Assembly: GCA_050230475.1 (NCBI GenBank) | Contig: JBFLGF010000204.1 | Location: 56,013-76,012 of the forward strand | Direction: 5' to 3' | Length of the DNA: 20,000 nucleotides | Origin: Ancylonema sp. | Lineage: Eukaryota | In this document: in pieces, positions 1 to 11,014 of the stretch | Numbering within the stretch: the stretch's first letter is position 1 | Layout of the letters: every line of letters starts with the position of its first letter | The notes under the pieces: model-generated | What the model was told of the DNA's origin: nothing | Database searches by the model: none | What the model saw: the letters and a program-made list of their open reading frames with translations, nothing else | Made by a program: the position numbers and the translations under genes

Positions 1-3000
1 TGTCGTGTCTCCACCACTCACGCAGGACGAGCTCGATGCACTGGATGATACGGACGTCGCTCGAACGGTCACGGCACGCACCCAACTCATCGGTCGACAG
101 ACTCTCCTTCGAGAGGTCTGGTCGAAGAAGAATACCGCTGCAATGGCGTACATCGTCAAACACCTCCAGACGGGGGAGCTGACGCACGTACGAAATTGCG
201 AGACTGCAGTGGATATGTGGGACGCCATGAAAGCCTTCTACGACATTCAGGGAGCCATTGAGATTGCCAACGCTGAGGCTGAGCTCACGGCGATCATCAT
301 GGGGGGCGGAGGACCTGAGCGACTACGAAGCGGCTTCAGGAGCTGCATGATCGTCTGGGGCATTTGGGAGAGCCAGAAGCCTGCGAAGCAAACGATCAAC
401 TTCCTGAATTCCCTCAACACTCGCTACAGCTCGCGCGTGGAGAGTGTAATGTCTTGGGCGATATCTGCGCCAACACTCTTCACGATCCCTGCGTCAGCAC
501 TTTGTCAGGGCGATCGACGGGAGGTCTGCAACGACCGCAAGAGAGGGGTGCTGCCGGGAGGGCAGCACGCTAATTTCGTGGGGAAAGGGGGTTACTCGGG
601 CAGCTCCGGAGCTGGCCCAAGTCGACCAGGTGGGAATGGCGGTCCCGGAAGTCGCGACTTGACGAGAATTCAGTGCTACGGCTGCAACCAGTATGGCCAC
701 CTAAAATCGGACTGCCCTACACGTCCGCCGACGAGGTGCCATGGCTGCAACCAGATCGGCCACAAACTGTCGCAATGTGGACAGCAACGGCAAGGGGGAG
801 GTGGCAGATCGGCTGGCCAGGGAGGCAGTCCGAAACCCGAATGCAGATACTGTGATAAGCTCGGGCACACTACATTGGTAGAATGCATGAAGCGTAGATC
901 TGACCTGGCATTGGCTGCACCTGATTATAATCTTCGTGACCAAGCTCAGGCTCGACTTGTCTGCACGTTCAAACACACCTTTCGATGCATCCAAATCCCT
1001 AGTTTATGCAGCATTCTCATCTGACGCACGGATTGCCATGGCAGCTGGAACTGATTGCTCGCATCTGTGGCTTGATTCAGGCTCGACCGATCACGTCTTC
1101 ACAAACAAAGACCACTTCGTCGAGTACGACACCAACGTCCCGATGCAGCACTCATTCATCCACACGGCTGATGGCACGCCTCAAAGGTCGAGGGGACACG
1201 CTTCGTGCACGTTCGAGTGAAGAACGACGACTCCTTCCTCGTCGTCCCTCTCACTGCTCTGCACGTCCCTACATTCGCTGCGACCCTGGACCGACTGCCT
1301 CGTCCAGAGAGCAGAGGTGGGCTGAGCTTTGCCTAGACCCCACATGGCCCTTAACTCACTAAGAATGGACAGAAATGGGCTGATGCCAGCAGGCAGAGGA
1401 ATGGTCTGTCATTGCTGCATGCATCCACCATCATGCCTGGTTCATCTGGTCTGCAAGCAAATATGTCCATAGGCATGCTCTCGCATGGCAAGTTGGGTCA
1501 CCCTGGTGTTCCAGCCATGTCAGACATGGCTAGACGTGGAGACATACCGAGACAGAGTCAGGAATGAGGTTAGAGATTGTGAGATCTGCTGTATGGGGAA
1601 GATGGGACAGAGGGGGCATGCACTGGCTAGCGATGATGTGGCCACTATGCCATAAATGGGTGGGAAGGTTGCATCTCTGATAGGTCCTTTTGGAGTCAGG
1701 TCAATGCACGGAGGGTTTGATTATGCACAGACTGGGATAGAGGTCAATTCTAGACTGTCAACAGTATCTCTTCTCAAGCACAAGAGCGATGCTCTCAGTC
1801 AAACGCGCATCACTGTACAGAAACTAGAGGTTGAGTTAGGACTGCTGTTAAAGTCGATCAGAACAGATGGAGGAGGGGAATATACTAGCAAGGAGTGGAA
1901 AGGGGTATTGTGAGGAAAAAGGCATCAAACATGAATTGACTGCCCCCTATAGTCCTCAGCAGAACGGCATGTGTGAAAGACTGAACCGAACACTGATGGA
2001 GAAGATGAGATGTTTACTGATGTGGTCTAAACTGCCTAAATCATACTGGGATGTGGCATTGATGCATGCAAACTGGCTAAGGAACAGGTCCCCCACTAGT
2101 TCATTGACAGGGGGGATACCTATTGAGAAGTGGACGGGACGCCAAATCAAACTAGACAGAAGTCACACATTTGGCTGCCTAGTGCAGTTTTAAAAGTTGG
2201 GCATGATAAAAACAAACAAGGGGACAAGTATGCTCCCAAGACTGCTTTTGGGGTATTCATTGGGTTGGCAGCAGATCAGGCCGGTTACAACATCTTCGAC
2301 CCGCTCAGAGCCGGTGTGATGGTGCGGACAGACGTCCGTTTCTTTGAGGAAGTGCCGGGGTACCCGAGACTAATGGGGGGGAGAGCTCCCCAGGTCGAGG
2401 CCAAAGCAGATGGACACTTTTTCCAGCTATTCCCCGACACGGAAGATGAGCCTAAGGCTGGAGGGGTGCCAGGACAAGCAGCAATTACAACAGCAACGCC
2501 TGCAGTAGTGCCAGAAGCAGAGCCAGGAGCATAGCCAGCAGCAATGCCAGCAGCACCAGCCGCCCACAACAACCCAGGAGCCCAGATCCCAACATTACAC
2601 TTTCCGCCACCACCAGCTGCTGAGGTCCCCATCGCTGTGATTGAGCTGTCTGACAGCCAATCTGGGATCAACAACGTAGGTGTGGCAAGCGAGGAGGAGG
2701 AAGTTCAAGGAGGGGGTGAAGAGGGGGGGCAAGGGGTGAATGCTGGGAGCATAGCTAAGAGAGTAATGGGAAGGAGGAGAGCAAACTTTGCCCACTTTGG
2801 GGATATCCTCTGATACGATGGGGAGGAGTTCGACGACCAGGCGCTGGAAGCAGCCATTCAGGACGACGAGTGGGAGGCAACATGCTTCTTCACAGTCTTC
2901 AACGGCCCCTCTGACCGTGGATTCTGTATGGTGGCCATGTCTGCTGACTCCTCCGACCCTCTGACGCTAAACCAGGCCTTGACGAGGCCAGACTGGGATC

Positions 3001-3300
3001 AGTGGTTAGCTGCTATCCAGGAGGAGCTGAAAAGCTTGGGGGAATTCAACACTTTCGAGGTGTGTGAACTTCCACCAGGTAAAAGGGTTGTGGGGTGCAA
3101 ACATGTATTCAAAACCAAATACACACCCACAGGATCCCTTGAAAGATATAAAGTCAGACTGGTCGCTCAGGGTTTTCTACAACAAGAAGGAGTTGATTAT
3201 ATAATGAAATATTCGCACCTGTAGTAGATAGTACCTCTATCTCTCTTCTACTAGCTATTGCGAATCAGGAGGGTTGGGAAATTGAACAGCACGGAAGACT
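1..3300 (+). pseudogene. Element A gag-pol, 5' part: Gag with 3 CCHC knuckles, aspartic protease, integrase, RT N-terminus (frameshifted)
   Basis: Knuckles CYGCNQYGHLKSDC, CHGCNQIGHKLSQC, CRYCDKLGHTTLVEC. Protease LWLDSGSTDH. Integrase KLGH...CEIC, IRTDGGGEY, PYSPQQNGMCERLNRTLMEK. RT KRVVGCKHVFKTK...RYKVRLVAQGF. Several frameshifts and stops. Confidence 0.95.
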
Positions 3301-3755
3301 TATAAGCTTTTGAGTGATTAGACGTGCCGGAATAATTAGGTGGGCGACAAAACGAACCGTACGCAAAAGGATCTCTATCACTGTTGATCACCGAGACAGG
3401 AGTTGCGTGTGTGGAACGAATTAATATTGTGATTGCATCGGGGATGGTAATACCCGATGCGCTTTACAGATTGTTGCGTGCCGACGGTCGGCACAATTGA
3501 CCGTCGGCCTATCATTGACTGACATCTCTTCTACATGTCAACGGCACATGCCGGACATTTCTGACACGACTAAACAAGCCCATCACGACGCTTCAAACAA
3601 ATAACGTCTCTAAGCGGCGGAAACATGTTAGGTGCCCGGGCACAAACTTGCCCGGCCCCGCATACAGGCACATCTAGAATATTGCTCCCGGTTAGAGTAA
3701 CCGGTCACAACTGGACTAGCACGCATAACATATGGCTATCCAAAATATTCTAACA
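3301..3755 (-). repeat. 3' LTR of element B (455 bp, TG...TA)
   Basis: About 95% identical by eye to 9445-9897. On the minus strand it starts TGTTAGAAT directly after the PPT and ends ...CTTATA. Confidence 0.95.
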
Positions 3756-3764
3756 CACCCACTC
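3756..3764 (-). promoter_or_regulatory. Polypurine tract of element B
   Basis: Minus-strand GAGTGGGTG abuts the LTR TG. It corresponds to GAGGGGGTG in A. Confidence 0.8.
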
Positions 3765-3922
3765 GGATGCCATGCTAAAGTTGGCATAGATGCAGACATC
3801 AAAAGGAGTACCCAAGTCATTGCCAAAACATTGCAGAACCATCGCATAACATATAAAACAGTTTTGGTCTTCCCTAGCATACAAGCGTGCTAGGGGATTC
3901 TATCGATACTGCAGCCGTTCGA

Positions 3923-3973
3923 AAGACGATCGGAAGACGATCGGAAGCCGATCGGAACTCTAGAAGACGATCG
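3923..3973. repeat. 11-bp tandem repeat (aagacgatcgg x3 plus one spaced copy) in the 3' region of B
   Basis: Units at 3923, 3934 and 3945, with a further copy at about 3963-3973. Confidence 0.85.
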
Positions 3974-4473
3974 TTCCAGATCCTTAGTCGTTTTTCGGGC
4001 CGGAGCCCTGGACATACACAAACAAATACCACAAGTTAGGCGAAAAACAAAAAAACTTATGAAAATATTTTTGATTATTTTTGATTTTTCAACTTTTTCA
4101 ACTTCACGATTCTGAAACTTTACACTTTCCAGTCAGAAAAATCTCAAAACAGCATAACTTCAAAATTACCAGTACTTTCAGCACCAACTTTTGACACAAG
4201 TTTTGCAACAATGATTAGGACATACATTCGAAAATTCAGAACAAACTGACAAGTTTAAAGTTGAGCAGATTCAACTTTCTGATTTTAAAGTGTACTAAGT
4301 GTCTTTTCAAGGTATTAAGGTGAATGTGTGACTTAGCTGGATGAGCAGAAGTTGGTGTACCCTCCCCATTACTTCTGCCTGAAAAGAAACATACCAACAC
4401 ACCCCCTGCCAACATGCATGGCATTCGAAACCTTCGATCATAAAAAATAAAAGAAAAGACTGACACCCCCTGT

Positions 4474-7400
4474 TCAGTATAACCGTCCAAAACCTAGACT
4501 TTTGCTGTGTCTGTCCAGTAAAACGGGAAGAGCTTTAGTTAGCATATCTGCTGGTGATTGGCGCCTGCAAGATACACATATTTTAGTCTCCCGTGCTGTG
4601 GCATTCCCGTACCCAGTGATACCACATTAAAATGTTTTGCTTTCTGTCTTTGCACAGGATTCTGGATCATGGAGAGAAGCTGAGGTTGAGTCAGTGTGGA
4701 TTTTGGTGTGGGAATTTGAGTTCTTTCAAGAGAGACTTTAGATAACAGCATTCTTTAGACACACTACAGGCAGCTACTCAGCCTCAGCAGTGCTCTGACA
4801 GTGCTGTTTCTGTGACTTCCAACTCAGTGCTGTCCCCCCAACCGTGGTTACCCATCCGACTGACTTGACTTCCTTCCCTGTCATGCTACAACTGGTTCCA
4901 ATGATGCATCGCAGTAACCCTTTACTTCAAATAATGTCCTTACCCACAAAACGTCAGTCCGTGGTTGACAGTCCCTTTAAAGGTATTCTGAAATAGTTGA
5001 TGTAATGCCCTTATGTGTGCGACCCCAGGATTTCCCATGTGTTTAGCCACGTACCCCAAGTGCATACCCGATGTCCAGTCTGGTTTGTTTCATGGCATAT
5101 ATGAGAGATCCCACTTTCCTTTCCCTCGAAAGTCTGTTATTTCTTCAGGGGTAGGGGGAAGAGTTGGCATTGTGGTGAATTGAGTTCCAGGGGCGAGGGG
5201 GAGTTTGGTTGGATGATTACACTCATGCATCCCATAGCGTTCAAGCACTCCCCTTAAGAATCCTGCTGTCCGAGTGTGAGCAGTCTTCTCTGTCTATCCC
5301 TCTTCAATTCCATCCCCAGGATATGGGTTAGGGGACCCAGATCCTTGACTTTGAACTTTTTACCCATATCTTCTTTAAAAGTTTTGACGACCATTGCGTT
5401 AGGACCTGTGATTGATTAATCACCTGATCATCTACATGTATGCCAAGTATGATTCTGCTGTCTGCTTCCCCCCTCATATATATACATGTGTCCATTACGC
5501 ATTGTTTAATCCCTTCAGATATCATAAACTTTCTGACATCTCTTGCCACACGTGGCTACTCTAGACCGTATAAAGCCCCCAGTCGTAAGACCTTTCCCTC
5601 AGCCCTGATATACATACGTGGTGGTATTTTCATGTAAACTTCTTCTTCGAGACGTCCATGCAGGAACGCTGTGATTACGTCCATCTGTTCCAGTTCCCAG
5701 TCATCTTGGTTTGCTATAGAGAGGAGTAGGGTGATAGATGTACTGTCGATTACTGGTGCAAATACTTCATTATAGTCAATACCCTCTTGCTGTAAGAATC
5801 GCTGTGCGACCAGTCTGACTTTATATCTTTCTATATCCCCCTCTGTGGTGTGTTGTGTTTTGACACATACACCTTAAAATCATATCTGCACCCCACCGCC
5901 TTTTTACTTGGAGGAAGCACACACACCTCAAAGGTGTTGAACGTCTCCAGGGCAGCGAGCTCTTCCACAATGGCCCTGTCCCACTGGTCCCAGTCTGGCC
6001 TCATCATCGCATGGTTGAGGGTGAGTGGCTCGGAGGAGTTGGTGTTAGATGCTACGCATGCGTAGCCCGGATCCACACCGTTGAAGCCAGTGTAGAAACT
6101 GCTGGGCTCCCACTCAGTCGCTGAGTAGTTGGCGTCTGCGTCGAACTCCTCCCCATCACACAGATCCCCATACTCTGCAAAGTTGGCTCGCCTGTCATCA
6201 CCCGATCAGCCGCTGTCCCCCACTTCTGGGCCTGGGTTCGCACCCCCTCCTTGCACCTCCTCCTCCCCTGCATCTCCACCTCCTGCGTTGTTAATCCCTG
6301 ATTGGCTGTCAGACAACACAATCGTGGCGTTAGGGACCTCAGCAGCTTGTGGCTGGAAGTTGTCGTGCGGATAGTCGATGGCAGTTGCTGGCTCAGGGAC
6401 TGTTGCTTCTGCTGGTGCTGGGATTGGCTGCAGAACTGCTGGCATCACTGCTGGCATGATTGGGTGGACTGCTGCTGCTGGCATGTTGGGGTCCACTGCT
6501 TGTTGGGGTGGACTGCTGCTGCTGGCACAACTGCTGCAGCTGGTTCATCTTCAGGGTCGGGGAAAAGGTAGAAAAAATGTTTTTCTGCTGCCGCCTCAAC
6601 TTGGGGAACTCTCCCCCCCATCAGCTTCGGGTACCCCGGCACCTCCTCGAAGAACCGCACGTCCATGCGTGATATCACCCCAGCTCTATGGGGGTCGAAA
6701 ACATTGTAGCCTGCACTCCCCGCAGCCATCCCCAGAAACACACCAAAGCAAGTGCGAGCAAACTTGTCCCCTTGCCTACTGTTCTTTTCCCCCCCAACCT
6801 TCAGATATTGGACCAGACACCCGAAATTATGACTTTTATTAACTGTCATGTTCTTTCCCTCCCAGACTCAATTGGAATTTTTCCCAGAAAGCGACTTAGT
6901 GGGTGTTCTGTTCCTCAACCAGTTTGCATGTAATAATGCCACATCCCAATAAGACTTCGGTAGACCTGACCAGATTAATATGCATCGCATTTTTTCTGTT
7001 GTCAATGTTCTATTCAGTCTTTCTTCACCGATTCAGTTTTGTTCAGGACTATATGCTTCTGTGGTTTGCTTGTCAATACCCTTCCCCCCACAGTAGTTTA
7101 TCCAGTCCTGAGACATATACTCCCCTCCCTTGTCTGTCCGTATAGACTGTAGGAGCAACCATGACTGGACCTCGAGCAATTGTATAGTGACTTTTGCTCG
7201 GTTCAGTGCTTCATACTTTGTTTTTAACAAACTGACAAATGACAGACGTGTGGATACCTCTCCCTGTCTGAGCAGATGTAAATCCTCCGTTAGTTGACCT
7301 GACAGAGAATGGTCCAATGAGATCCAGGTGGATGCGACCCATCTTGGGGCATGTCCCCAGATCCTGACTGACCTTAGAATGACTGAGCTGAATCATCTTC

Positions 7401-9185
7401 CCCTGACAACAAACCTGACATCCCTTTACTTCAGTTATTCTCCCTGACTTCCTCTGGGATGTCACCACGTCTGGCGAAATCTGACATCACATCAGAACTG
7501 GGGTGACCCAATTTGTGATGCCACCATGCCTGTGGAAATTTGCTGTAGTATCATGAGATCCAGGCATGACGATTGTGGCAGCAAGCAAAGTCAGACCACT
7601 AGGCTGCTGCAGCACATCAGCCCATTTCACATTTCCCTTGTTTAAAATTAATTCAGGACGGGCAGCTGTAGAAAGCTCAGCCCACCTCTTCTGACGAGGC
7701 CCGATGTCGACACGAGGGTGCAGGCAAAGGTTGGGCCGTGGATCGAGCTGAGTGGCTGCACAAAGAAAGCGTCGCCATTCCTCACTCGGATGTGCACGAA
7801 ACCAGTGCCCTCCACCTTGTGTGACGAGCCGTCAGCAGTGGTGATGAAGGCCTGCTGCGTGCTCAGGGTAGGTGTGTACTCCACAAAATGTTCACGTGCC
7901 GTGAAAATGTGGTCGGTAGCACCTGAATCCAGGATCAGGGAGTGGGAGTGAGAACCAGCAGACAATGCCCGGGCAACCTCGAACGAGAAAGCACCGAAAG
8001 CTAACTAATCCACATTAGCGTTGAAAGGTTTGTCAGCAAAGCGAGCAAGTCTAGCTTGTGCATCAGCCCTCCTAGCAGCCTCTGGGTTCATTAGAGCCAT
8101 GTCAGATGTCCTTTTTCTACAATGTTCAATTGTATGCCCTACAATGTTGCAATATCTGCACTTCTGCCTCCCCCCTGAACTTCCCTGAGTAGCGTGCGCA
8201 ACATTTCCAGCTGCTGGTGATGACGCAGGGCACTGAGCAGCTCGGTGGCTTGCCTGGTGGCACCTGTGACATTTCCAAGGCCCCGCATGGCCTCCGCCAG
8301 ATGCTGGTGTAGGGCAGTTCGCTCTGATGTGCCCGAATTTGTGGCAACCGAAGCATTCGACGCCTGCAGCGTCTCTGCGACCAGCTCCAGTCGCACCACC
8401 AGATCTGCTGCTACCTCCAGCTCCATTCCCCCCCCCAGGTCCACCTAATGCGCCTGGTGTCCTCCGGGCAGCGCCCCCCTTTTTCGATCGTTCAGCTCTT
8501 TCCGCACGTCGTCGCGAAGCAGCGCACTCACGATGTGTGGAATCGTGAAGAGGTGTGGCGACGACTCCGACCAGGGCATCAGCGTTGAAACCATCGGACT
8601 GTAATGCGTGTTCAACGAATTCAGCACGTTGATCGCCCTGCTTCGTCGGAATTCTTAAGGTCCTGACGCATATTTTTCAGATCGTGATGCAGCTGCTGCA
8701 GACGCTTGACGTACACGTTGAGGTCCTCCGCCTCTGTCTGAATGATCGCGCTCAGCAGTGCTTCCGTATTTTGCGATCTCGCTCGCACCCTGCACCTGGT
8801 AGAATGTCCTCAGGGCAGCCCACATTCCGGCAGCTGTCGTGCAGTCCGTGACGTGCGTCAGCTCCGAAGGACCTAGGTGCTTCACAATGTACGACATCGC
8901 AGCCAGATTGTCTTCATCCCATTTCTCCAGCTCCAGCAGCTGCTGGGAAATCTGCTGCTGTCTGACCAATATTTCGACAACCACGTCGACCCCCCTGGCG
9001 GCAAATTGCAGCTCGTTGTCAGGTGTCAATGGAAGGATAACGTCTGGGCGACACTTTCGCGGCAAGCTGTCCCTCCATCACCAAACGATATGCAGTTTCT
9101 TGTCCGCCAGCCCATACTTGACCTTGAAGGCCCATCCTGTATAATCAGCTCCAGTAAATTGTGGGATTTGCGACCTCTCCGTCAT
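4474..9185 (-). pseudogene. Element B gag-pol polyprotein (degenerate)
   Basis: Starts gccacaATG, MTERSQIPQFTGADYTGWAFK (typical copia Gag N-terminus). Three CCHC knuckles, protease LILDSGATDH, integrase IHLDLIGPF / IRTDKGGEY / GDKFA, RT ELEQMDVITAFLHGRL and GIHVDD, RNase H ...IQNPVQRQKAKHF...SLGFGRLY* (TGA 4474-4476). Many frameshifts. Confidence 0.95.
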
Positions 9186-9430
9186 TGTGGCTGCTATTGT
9201 GTAGGATATTACACAATTTCTCGCTCAGCTCGAGTTCTCAGTGCAATTCCTGCACTGCAGCACTCTGCTCAAAAACTTGCAGCGCAATGTCAAAATTACG
9301 TGCAGACCTTAACAACTACGAATATATTTGCGCACTGAGGCAGAATATACCGTTCACAGAGATTACCGCAGCGAAATCGCGTGGAGCCTTTAATTTTTAA
9401 CCACAACACGGCGTCTGAACTAGACCGCAC

Positions 9431-9444
9431 GTGGGCCCATAACC
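9431..9444 (-). promoter_or_regulatory. Primer binding site, half-tRNA(iMet) type (GGTTATGGGCCCAC)
   Basis: Directly abuts the 5' LTR. Complementary to the anticodon-arm region GTGGGCCCATAACC of plant-type initiator tRNA-Met. Same class of PBS as Drosophila copia and yeast Ty5. Confidence 0.92.
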
Positions 9445-9897
9445 TATAAGTTGCTTTGGAGTGATTAGACGTGCCGGAATAATTAGGTGGGCGACAAAAC
9501 GAACCGTACGCAACAGGATCTCTATCACTGATGATCAACGAGACAGGAGTTGCGTGGTGGAACGAATTATTATTGTGATTGCATCGGGGATGGTAATACC
9601 CGATGCGCTTTACAGATTGTTGTTGTGCCGACTGTCGGCACAATTGACCGTCGGCCTATCATTGACTGACAGCTCTTCTACATGTCAACGGCACATGCCG
9701 GACATTTCTGACACGACTAAACAAGCCAGTAACGACGCTTCAAACAAATAACGTCTCTAAGCGTCGGAAACATGTCAGGTGCCCGGGCACAAACTTGCCC
9801 GGCCCCGCATACAGGCACATAGAATATTGCTCCCGTTAGTAACCGGTCACATCTGGACTAGCACACATAACATATGGCTATCCGAAATATTCTAGCA
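9445..9897 (-). repeat. 5' LTR of element B (453 bp, TG...TA)
   Basis: Direct repeat of 3301-3755. Minus strand reads TGCTAGAAT...CAACTTATA, followed immediately by the PBS. Confidence 0.95.
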
Positions 9898-11014
9898 GTG
9901 GTAACTGCTTTCTTGCACGGAAGACTGACCGAAGAAGTATATATGAAAATTCCACCATTCATGGAGATTGAGGGAGGGGCTGAGGGAAAAGTTTTGAGAA
10001 TGAGGAAGTTTTGAGAATGAGGGGGGCACTGTACGGACAAAAACAGAGTAGCAAGGTCTGGGGTGAGATGTTCACAGCCTTCATGCTCAGTATAGGGTTC
10101 AAACAGTGCATTATGGACCACAGGACAGTCACGCATCATAGTGGGGATACACGTAGATGATCAGGTGATAGTTGGTCCTAACACCATGGTCATTAAAGCA
10201 TTCAAATAGGAACTGTCTGGAAAATTTAAAATGAAGGATCTTGGGGCCCTAACCCATATCCTGGGGGTGGAAGTGAAAAGGGACAGACAACAGGGGGTGC
10301 TCACGTCGTTGCATCAGGGAGGGTTCATAAAGCAGGTTCTGGAACGTTTTGGCATGGCAAATCCGGGGAAAAATTGGGTAACTCATTTATGTAATGAAAC
10401 ACACCAGACCGGATATTGCGCATGCACTGGGGGTACTGGAAAAACACATGGAGAATCCTGGGACTGCTCACATCAAACACCAACTGTTCAGATATTTAAG
10501 GGGAACACTGGATCACGGAATATGCTACGTGAGGAGGAAGAGGTTAGAGATCAGGGGGTACTGTGATGCTAGTTGGAACAACTGTAGTATGACTGGGAAG
10601 TAGGTCACAGGGTGGGTCACTAGTGTTGGGGGGACTGGACTGAGCTGGAAGTTACAGAAACAGTCTACAGTCGCACAGAGTACAGTAGAGGCTGGGTATA
10701 TTGTTGCCTCTAGTGTGTCTAAGGAATGCTGTTACCTAAAGTCGTTCCTGCATGAGCTCAAACTCCCTAATGAAATTACAGATTACAGTGACTCAAGTGC
10801 CGCACTCTCCATGATTCAGAACCCAGTCCAGCGCCAAAAGGCCAAGCTTTTCAATGTGGTGTACCACTGGGTGAGAGAGTGTCACAAAACTGGGAGGCTG
10901 AAGTATGTGTATCTGGCAGGGGCCAATCAACCAGCCGATATGTTCACTAAGGCTCTTCCACAGGTCTTGCTTGACAGACACGGAAAGTCTATAGGTTTTG
11001 GGAGGGTTCACTGA
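9898..11014 (+). pseudogene. Element A pol, 3' part: RT and RNase H (degenerate, with internal deletions)
   Basis: VVTAFLHGRLTEEVYM, GIHVDD (HVDD at 10150-10161), MKDLGALTHILGVEV, TRPDIAHALG, GYCDASW, QPADMFTKAL, TGA at 11012-11014. A 17-bp tandem duplication lies near 9989-10022. Confidence 0.95.

Larger units (their letters stand above)
3301..9897 (-). mobile_element. Full-length (6597 bp) Ty1/copia LTR retrotransposon B, nested antisense in the RT of A
   Basis: Two direct-repeat LTRs (3301-3755, 9445-9897), PBS 9431-9444, PPT 3756-3764, and a degenerate gag-pol 9185->4474 clearly homologous to A. Confidence 0.97.

Noticed and set aside
950..990. Frame change between gag and protease in A as a programmed ribosomal frameshift
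   Set aside because: B is in frame across the same stretch. A has a 1-nt insertion and no convincing slippery site.
3768..4115. Long antisense frame with one stop in the 3' region of B
   Set aside because: The frame is not preserved in the homologous region of A.
4236..4490. 84-aa ORF after pol of B as an env-like or extra ORF
   Set aside because: The counterpart in A stops after about 39 codons. Similarity is explained at DNA level and there is no recognisable domain.
8004..8006. In-frame TAG between gag and protease of B (NANVD*LAFGAF) as a programmed readthrough site
   Set aside because: A has a sense codon at the aligned position (ASKSLVYAAF) and B has many other lesions. A point mutation is simpler.
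8877..9338. 153-aa plus-strand ORF and other antisense ORFs over gag-pol regions
   Set aside because: Shadow frames of GC-rich retrotransposon coding sequence.
10005..10017. gaagttttgagaa in A's RT duplication matching the 19-bp 3' repeat unit
   Set aside because: Short low-complexity match, partly created by the local duplication, and compatible with chance.
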